From positions 1 through 30,757 of the forward strand of contig JBHGNT010000368.1 of the NCBI GenBank assembly GCA_043228905.1: a DNA stretch of 30,757 bases, written 5' to 3'. Positions 1-7,600 of this stretch are shown here, one piece after another. This stretch comes from Azolla caroliniana (taxonomy: Eukaryota; Plantae; Polypodiophyta). The translations under genes were made by a program, and so were the position numbers. How positions within the stretch are numbered: position 1 is the stretch's first letter; each line of letters begins with the position of its first letter. Under the pieces are notes generated by a model. It saw only the letters and a list, made by a program, of their open reading frames with translations, made no database searches and was not told where the DNA came from.

Positions 1-534
1 ACGGATGGCCATATCGAGACTTCCCCACCACTGATTCTAGAGACTCTGGCGGTTGCGTTCGAGAGGCAACGTGAGACCGAAGAGACGGAAGGTGGCGGAG
101 AGAAAACAAAGGTCGAAGTCGATGCATACGACGGAGAGATAGCCGAGAATATGGCTATGGGTGAAACAATGGAGGATGATAATACTGAGGATTCCTACCC
201 ACTAATCCTAGAGACTTCGGCGGTTGTGTCTGAGAAGCAACGTGAGACCGGAGAGACGGGAGGTGGCGGCAAGAAAGGTAAAGTCGGAAGCCAGTTAGGA
301 TGCAAGGTGATCCGGACGGGATTCCGATCCGAAAGAAAGCAGGTGGTATCAACGCAGAGTACTGGATTCGACCAAAGTCGACCCGAAAGAAAGCCGAACC
401 GAAAGGAAGACGAATTCGCTGAAAGACGACACAAACGAAAGCCGACCGGGCGAATGAGATTCGGCCGAAAGACGACCCGAAAGAAAGCCGACCCGAAAAG
501 GGGTCGACTGGTCAAAACCGGTCGCCGAGTCTGA
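1..534 (+). CDS. C-terminal end of an ORF entering from outside the window (pol tail or extra 3' ORF of Gypsy-A2) with a duplicated ~57-aa unit
   Basis: Frame 1 is open from base 1 to the stop at 534; PLILETLAVAFERQRETEETEGGG and PLILETSAVVSEKQRETGETGGGG recur 171 nt apart in frame; low complexity, no domain recognised. Confidence 0.35.
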   Translation, partial: TDGHIETSPPLILETLAVAFERQRETEETEGGGEKTKVEVDAYDGEIAENMAMGETMEDDNTEDSYPLILETSAVVSEKQRETGETGGGGKKGKVGSQLGCKVIRTGFRSERKQVVSTQSTGFDQSRPERKPNRKEDEFAERRHKRKPTGRMRFGRKTTRKKADPKRGRLVKTGRRV

Positions 535-1058
535 CTTGCCGAACGCGAATATGGATGGAAGCCGACCTAGCCGAAAGCCGATCGGACGAGACCGATCCGG
601 AAAGAAGCTAATTCGACTCAATCGGAGGTTGGACCAGTCGAGGCTGGTGAAAACGAGGAAAAGAAAGCCTACCGAAACCGAACTGATAGATCGAAACCGG
701 GTCGGAAGGAGACCGACTCAATCGAAACCAAACAACCGATTTCCGATTCCGCCGAATTACGAATCCGATCGAAGCCGATCAAACCGAAAGTTGATCGAGC
801 GAGAGCGATCCGGAAAAAAGTCAAGGTTTGAATGAAGACAAGAAGAGCCCAGTAAAAGACACTACCACGAATGACAAGGGCCAAGAATATGACGAGAGAG
901 AACAAAGAATATGGTGGATCGGATGGCGACAATGGTTCGGGTGGAAAGAATGGTCTACTCAAAATGGAGAGACAATGTTGACATAGCGGGACAAACGAGG
1001 ATGAAGGGGAGACAACGAGCATCGGCAACTTCGGCACATACCGGAGGATGTGCGGTTC

Positions 1059-1070
1059 GGAGGGGGCGAG
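1059..1070 (+). other. polypurine tract of Gypsy-A2
   Basis: GGAGGGGGCGAG immediately before LTR start TGTCGT. Confidence 0.8.
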
Positions 1071-1797
1071 TGTCGTAGTGTATTTCGTACACTACGTGAA
1101 AAAGTAAAAATAATATAACCGATTTAATTACATATAAATAAATAAAATAAGAATATCAAAATATTTATCACGTGCATAGGGCAAGATTCGAACCATATAC
1201 CTTCACGTAGTAAACCTCAACTTTACCCATTCTTCTACGTTATCTTTAGTATATTTACAAATAGATTTAATAACTATAAGTGCTTTATTTGCACCTACCT
1301 TTATTAAAAGGTAAATCATGCATTTTTAGAGTGTGTGAATATTTTATAGAAAAACGCAAGCAACTAAAAAGTGACTCATGCACATCTAGCGTGCATGAGC
1401 ACTATATTTAGCAAATAAAAGCAAGGATTAAGAAAGCATCACATGCACATTTAGTGTGCATGAACATATTAGAAAAAAAAGCATGTAGTTATGCTTAGTC
1501 TCTCCCATCACTATATAAGGATGGGGAGCACATTGTAGTTTTTGTTGATTATTTTTCTATAATAATCAATCAATCTAAAATATTCGTGGGATTCACGAAT
1601 TTGGTAAAATAATTCTCTCTTACTACCTAAATATTGACTAAATATACTAAACTCGTGGGATTCACGAGATTCTTATCTTATAACTCTTTATACCTATTCT
1701 TTACTAGCCTTATTTGTATTTTTCTTTTCTCCTAGTCCAAAACCCCGGCGGTTCCCACCCGACTCACGCAAACGATCCGGAGCCGAAAGGCACGACA
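1071..1797 (+). repeat. 3' LTR of Gypsy-A2 (727 bp)
   Basis: Terminal inverted repeat TGTCGT...ACGACA; colinear with the reverse complement of 15441-16171; TATA-like CTATATAAG near 1511. Confidence 0.88.
1158..1244 (-). ncRNA. tRNA-like Pol III unit (A box/B box/T-run) inside the LTR, antisense
   Basis: Minus strand A box TAGAAGAATGG (1237-1227), B box GGTTCGAATC (1194-1185), starts 43 nt apart as in tRNA genes, TTTT at 1161-1158; cloverleaf stems degenerate. Confidence 0.5.
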
Positions 1798-1798
1798 C

Positions 1799-2332
1799 CG
1801 GTATTTGAAGGGCACTTCAAATATGTGTCTCCGATTCGGCTCCGGAAAACCTCAACTGGACGGTTTCACGGATTCGGACATGTCGGCTGATGTGGATACC
1901 AACCGGTCTACATCCGGGTATGTAATGACATATGTAGGGGGAGCTGTTTCGTGGCAGTCGAGGCTGCAGAAGACGGTTGCATTGTCAACCACGGAGGCGG
2001 AGTACATGGCGGTTGTGGAAGCCGGCAAGGAAATTTTATGGATGAAGGACTTCATCGGAGAGCTCGGTAAACGGCAAGAGGAATACCAACTCTATTGCGA
2101 CAGTCAAAGTGCCATCCACCTTGCTAAGAATGCAGCCTACCATTCCCGGACGAAGCATATCCAGCGGAGGTATCACTGGATCTGGGAAAGAGTAGATGAC
2201 CAGGAGTTCGCACTGAAGAAGATCCACACGGCCGAGAACGGGTCAGATATGCTAACCAAAGTGCTGACACCTGACAAGCTGGATGCATGCCGGAAAAGGA
2301 TCGGACTGGTAAGACACCCCATGTTGGAGTGA
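1799..2332 (+). pseudogene. pol: Copia pol C-terminus (end of RT, RNase H), interrupted upstream by Gypsy-A2
   Basis: RYLKGT…FTDSD…RSTSGY…AVSWQSRLQKTVALSTTEAEY…CDSQSAIHLAKN…HSRTKHI…DMLTK: Tnt1-like RNase H motifs. Confidence 0.93.
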
Positions 2333-2340
2333 AGGGGGAG
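2331..2340 (+). other. polypurine tract of Copia-A
   Basis: GAAGGGGGAG overlapping the pol stop, 2 nt before the LTR TG. Confidence 0.85.
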
Positions 2341-2428
2341 TTTGTTGGGAGACAGGTCCCTCCGGATGGGAAGTGAGAAGAACAGTGCTGATAAACAAAC
2401 TCAGCCGAGGCCGATAGGCCTCGGCCGT

Positions 2429-2678
2429 AACCGGAAGAGGAGTACCCGGCTACGGAGAGCCAGATGGTGCAGACCCGGTGTGAACCGGATGAGGAGTACT
2501 CGGCTACGGAGAGCCGGATGGTGCAGACCCGGTGTGAACCGGATGAGGAGTACCGGGCTACGGAGAGCCGGATGGTGCAGATACGGAGTGCCGACGAACA
2601 ATCTCGGCTGAAACCAGAAGAGGAGTACCCGGCTACGGAGAGCCGGATGGTGCAGACCCGATGAGAACCGGATGAAGA
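2429..2678 (+). repeat. 54-bp tandem repeat array in Copia-A U3 (about 4.3 units)
   Basis: Unit AACCGGA(A/T)GAGGAGTACCCGGCTACGGAGAGCCGGATGGTGCAGACCCGGTGTG starting at 2429, 2483, 2537, 2612 and partial at 2666. Confidence 0.9.
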
Positions 2679-2832
2679 GACATATTCGTAAATATGTTTT
2701 CTGAGAGTTCATCGAGGCTATATTTGTAAATAGCCGAAAAGTCATATTAGTATAAATATGACTTAGGGCAAACTTTTAGAAGTGTTGTTGTCATTTTTCT
2801 GTTTTGCACGAGATTAGTGTGCGTAACTGTAC

Positions 2833-2856
2833 AGAGAGAGAGAGAGAGAGAGAGAG
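2833..2856. repeat. (AG)12 microsatellite within Copia-A LTR
   Basis: Direct reading of sequence. Confidence 0.95.
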
Positions 2857-3131
2857 AAAGAGGTCGTTGCCTCTGTTGTAATCGCCGCTTGTGGCGAAGA
2901 TACGTGAGCACGAGGTCGGTGCCTCAGTGAACTCACTGTTGTATATTCCTACATAGTGACAGTTTGTGGCCTGTGGGCTGCCGTGGTTTTTCCCCTAGTT
3001 TGGGGATTTCCACGTAAACCTCCTGTGTATTCTCTTCTTCTTCTTGTCGTGTTTATTTCCCGTTCTCTGTGTATCATTCTAAGCTCGGTTGTGGCCGAGC
3101 GTTGTGCATAAGGAGCGTTGAGTTCCTAACA

Positions 3132-4218
3132 ACATTCGGACTAATCCTATCGGTGTCCGCATGGTTGTGATGTCTCGGCTCTCCACAACTAGTTGGAATT
3201 GGTCATATTCGGAGTATAGGTCTCCGACTGAGTATATCACGCGACTGGTAAATGCTTCCGCAAATTCGTCCACTATCGGACCGACTCCGGAGTTCCGGAT
3301 CGTGACCTTGTTCACCGGTTGCAAATCTTGAATAAATCAGAGTGACCCATTCTTCTTCGGAATCGTAAACCATTGATTTGAGTACGGAGCATTTGATGGC
3401 TCTAGGATCCCCATCGCCACCTTCTCCTTGAGCAAGTCGATGATTTTCAGAATATGCGCCCGTGGCAATGGAATCGGCTTCAGGTTCCACGACACATGGT
3501 CAATCGTGAACGGCCGGTTACGTGGATGCCCCATCCGGACCGATTCGTACTTGTTTTGCTCTGAGAGGTTTCTTCCTGTGTGGGGTATCAGGGCTTCTCG
3601 GACTATCACTTCCCCACTCCGCAACAATCAGCTCTAAAAATCCATTCTTGTTTGGGACAAGAGCTCTCTCTTGTTCCTTTCATGATTTGCCGGCATCGTT
3701 AGGAATTGGACGGATTTCCCTCCGTTTTGGCTCCGAATTCGTGCAAAAGCCGCATTGTTATCGAGCACCTTCGTCTCCATCCGTGAAGCCGTGATAAAGG
3801 GTTGCCTGAGGATCACGGAGTGTGAGACCTCATCTTGTACGAAGAAATTTTGGTCGATCTCGACATCCTTGATCTTCACCGTCACATCAGGACAAGCCGC
3901 AAATAGATCTTCCGTTGCTTTAGTGGCCGCCCGGATCTTCCATCCATGATTGGTGTTAATAGGCCACTTCCCCTTCTGGTAGAACTCCTTAGAACTCTTT
4001 TCCCTCTTCCGTCGGAGTTCCAGCTCTCCAGTGTCTTTGATGGTCCGACCGCATCATCTGTGCGCCGTCGTTTCTCGTCTACATACACTTCATGCAATTG
4101 ACATAGCGCATGTACGCTATTCTTGTCTATGGGGCACTCCCATCCCGTAGCTTCCCGGATACATTCCGCGGCGCTTTGGATTTCATCATGGTCGGCTTTC
4201 TTCGAAATTTCTAGCACT
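3132..4218 (-). pseudogene. pol: Gypsy-A1 gag end, protease C-half and RT N-terminus with deletions and stops
   Basis: VILRQPF (protease flap/ILG region), WNLKPIPLPRAH…GILEPSNAPYSNQWFTIPKKNGSL…QPVNKVTIR…GDLYSEYDQFQL…TTMRTPIGL (RT); protease catalytic D-x-G segment appears deleted near 3990. Confidence 0.85.
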
Positions 4219-4589
4219 TGTTGGCCGGTCAGAGAAGGCAAATGGGAAAGCAAGGTCGGATCGGATAAATATAGAAATAGGAATAGAATTATTAGGAGGG
4301 ACGGATCCGGTAGTTGTAACCGATCCGGATCCGAACCGATTCGGTTTCGGTTAACGGTTGCCTACCGAGCACCGATTGTAATCTGGCCGGATGCCTATAA
4401 AAGGATCCGATGTTTTGTAATGAAGGGGCGAAGAATTAATATAGTTTTGCTTATGCTGATTAATCTTGTCTTCGTCTGTGCTTAAGTGTAATTATCATAC
4501 GCGTGTATTAACATCCTATCCCTACCACCCCTTTGGAGAAGTGTCAGATAGACACCTGTGTTGCGGCTAGTCCAGCCATACATACAACA
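4219..4589 (+). repeat. 5' LTR of Gypsy-B (371 bp)
   Basis: TGTTG...CAACA; matches 13977-14347 except A4546 vs G14304; TATA-like CCTATAAAAGG at 4394-4404. Confidence 0.97.
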
Positions 4590-4595
4590 CTATTT

Positions 4596-4606
4596 TGGCG
4601 ACCACG
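4596..4606 (+). other. primer-binding site of Gypsy-B, probably tRNA-Arg
   Basis: TGGCGACCAC(G) 6 nt after the LTR; complementary to the ...GTGGTCGCCA 3' end recalled for plant tRNA-Arg(UCG). Confidence 0.7.
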
Positions 4607-4641
4607 ATTCCTGCAGAGTGCAGAGGACAACCGGGGTATGG

Positions 4642-7600
4642 ATGTCTAGACAAAATAACGACCACATCACCGAAAGAGGGAGACGCCACGCCGAACGGCA
4701 GCGACGACGGGAAGCCCTGCAGCAAGCCGTCGACGAGATCCGGCGCGATCGGTCATTCTCAAAAACGCTTCGGCAAATCGCAGAAGACGCACTGCAGTTC
4801 CAGGTTCTACAAGCTTCCGACGAAGGCAGTAGCATAACCAGCCTCCAAGAAGCGGAGACACTACTACAGACTCTCGCTGGCGGCGACGGGGACGCAGCGG
4901 CATTTGCAACATTAGAGGCGGATTCGGATAGCGGGGAAAGCGTGGGATCCCGCTATAAAAGCAGCCACGAGAACAACCCCTTTGAGTCGGATCACTCAGC
5001 AACATCGGAGCCAGAGGAGGAAATAACTCTGGAGTTCGGTGACCGGCAATCGCCGAGGAGGGAGGAGCGGATACCAACACCACCCGCGGAGGAACCGCAG
5101 GAGCGGTTATCAACACCACCCGCGGAGGAACCGCAGGAGCGGATACCAACACCACCTGCGGAGGAACCGCAGGAGCGGAGACCGACATCGGAGGAACCGG
5201 CGCAGGAGAATCAGTGGGACGACACGATGCCGTATCCGTACCCAAAGTATCGGGATGAGCCCGACGGAGAGGCACATGTGTATGCATTCCTGCGAACATG
5301 GGAAGCCAACCACGTGTCCCAGAGACTGACGGAGCCCGAGGCCGACCGATCCAAAGTCGCCGAATTCGGCATGACATTAGAAGGACCGGCGGCCCGGTGG
5401 CACGCAAAGCACTTACCAGGCAGCTTCGCCACGTTCGAGGCATTGAAAACCCAGTTTTTACGCTTGTTTCATAGACGAGTGGAACAAAGGGAATTGGTCG
5501 GACAATTCTACACCACTCGGCAGGGAGAAAACGAGACGGTCCCACAATTTATCATTCGTTTCCAGACCTTGCACAGTCAATTAGCAAGAGCACCACCCGA
5601 AGAGGAGGCCAAGGCAGTCTTTTTGGCTGCGTTAAAAGACCCACTTCGAGCGATGTGTGGAATCCTCGATTTCAGCACCAGCACAATGGACCAAGTCATT
5701 GATCGGGTCCTGGAAATGGACAACACGAGCCCCTTCTTGCCGATGGGGGCGTTACACCAGGCGCTTCCGAAGGAGGAGGACCTCGGGTTCCGACAAGCCC
5801 TACAATGCACAACATGCCTAAATTCGGGGCACTCGACCGTCGACTGCACCCTGCGTGCACAGTGCATGATATGCAATTCTCGCGCCCACACAACGAACCG
5901 ATGCGAGTATAACCTGTTAACTCGACAAGCGGCACCGGTCCGACACATAGAACCGCGCAATCGGGACCCGGAAGAGGATCGATTCCGGAGGGACGACCGC
6001 TACCGACGAGAACGCGGCGACAGATACCCCGATAGAAGACGCGACAGCTATGACCGAGAGGAGAACCGAAGGGATAGCTACCCCCGGGACCGGTACGACC
6101 GAGACGAATCCCCGGAATACGAGCGACGCAGAGAAGAAAGGCGGCCAGGGAACCGGAATTTCCGACGGAACCAAAGGCGTGGATTCTTCCGTAGAGAGGA
6201 GCGTCGGGAGGCAACAAGGAATGACAAACCAGTAGCGGCACCGGAGAACCGAAAAACCGAGGACAACCGCCGGGGAATGCCCCTCCCCCAAACATGGGAA
6301 AAAGGAGAATCCAGCAACACGCACAGGGTGTACTGTTATTACTGCCGAAAAGAAGGGCATTACAGTAATCAATGCCCAAGCAAAACAGCCGACAAGCAGC
6401 CAGCAGTCAACATGGTGACAACCGAAGTACAGCAGGTTACCACGCGGTCGAAGGGGAAGGCCGCCGAATGGGAAGCCCAGGAAGCAATCAGAAAACAAGC
6501 GGCACAATGGATCAAAGAAGCCAACGAACAAGGTGCGGCGGAAGTAAGAAACCAAAATATGCCAAGGGAGGAGGAAATCGTACAACCAGGAGAAAACCCG
6601 ACATGGCAAGCACTACAAGATTGTCAGATCGTGCTGCCGTTGGCACGGTTACTGCAGTTGGTGCCGCGGTTTACAGCAGACTTACAAGCCGCCGTGAGCA
6701 AACCGACGCCGACGCCAGCACCGGCATTTTTCTCCAACCCGGAGGAAGGCCCAGCGGTGGTTGATACCAGTAGCCCAACAATCACGACAATCGTCAAAGG
6801 AAAGGAGATTCCAGGAACAATTATTGACGGAGGCTCCGGGGTGAACGTCATTAGTCGACAGACATGCGACGACCTAGGCATCCAGGAGTGGGAACCATGC
6901 CCCTTCTGGTTACGCATGGCGGATACAAGCCCAGTCCGACCAACTGGTCTTATCCGGGACTTGGAAGTAACAATAGGAGGCCACGTATTCCGAATATCGG
7001 CCGTGGTACTAGAGCTGAATGTACAAGGCGCATATCCCCTACTGTTAGGACGACCATGGCTGCGAACGGCGCATATCAAGCAAAACTGGCAAAAGAATAT
7101 GATCACGTTCCGACGAGGGAAAACAAAGGTACGGGTAGCCACGCAACCACGGGTGCTCACTAGCAAGGAGGCAACCCCTTTATATGCCGAAAGCATCAAC
7201 ATGTTGGAGGGCTTACCGGATGAGGAAGTTGATCGGTACCTCGAGGAACACCCACAGATCGTCCCACTTTTTGAGGTGGATATCACGGCAGCAGTAGAGC
7301 CGTACATCACAATGCCGGACGAGCCGGACAAAGTGGCGATCCGGGAACTACGCCAAGCACAAGAAGCCCTAGAAAGAGAAATGATGATATCCCAAAGGGT
7401 GAAAGCATCCCAGCTGGAAGAGGTGGACCTCGGCACAACAGAACAACCCCGACCGGTAAAAGTCGCGAAGGAATTGCCGAAGGAGGAAAAACAGGCAATG
7501 GTAGCACTGTTAACGGATTTCAAGGACGTGTTCGCATGGTCATACGAAGACATGCGAGGGTTGGACCCCCAGCTCTACCAGCACCAAATTCATCTAAGTA

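Larger units (their letters stand above)
1..1797 (+). mobile_element. 3' end of Ty3/Gypsy LTR retrotransposon (Gypsy-A2), inserted in the RT/RNase H region of Copia-A; rest lies outside the window
   Basis: PPT at 1059-1070 followed by a TG...CA LTR (1071-1797) homologous to the LTR of the Gypsy at 15441-16171; Copia coding frame resumes right after 1797. Confidence 0.8.
1798..3131 (+). mobile_element. 3' part of Ty1/Copia element (Copia-A), inserted in the RT of Gypsy-A1
   Basis: Copia RNase H, PPT and LTR in order; Gypsy-A1 RT (…TTMRTPIGLVRM) is cut at 3132. Confidence 0.88.
2343..3131 (+). repeat. 3' LTR of Copia-A (789 bp)
   Basis: TGTTGGGA...TCCTAACA imperfect terminal inverted repeat; TATAAATA near 2751; 3' half similar to the LTR ending at 30721. 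Confidence 0.85.

Noticed and set aside
669-1037. Antisense ORF with a hydrophobic stretch as an env-like membrane protein
   Set aside because: Short, non-ATG start, and hydrophobicity follows from the purine-rich opposite strand
2429-2678. CRISPR-like array (also 10670-10832, 16553-16696)
   Set aside because: Head-to-tail repeats without unique spacers, eukaryotic retroelement context, no cas genes
4123-4485. Duplicated small ORF (also 13935-14243)
   Set aside because: Chance open frame across the LTR; duplication is simply the LTR pair
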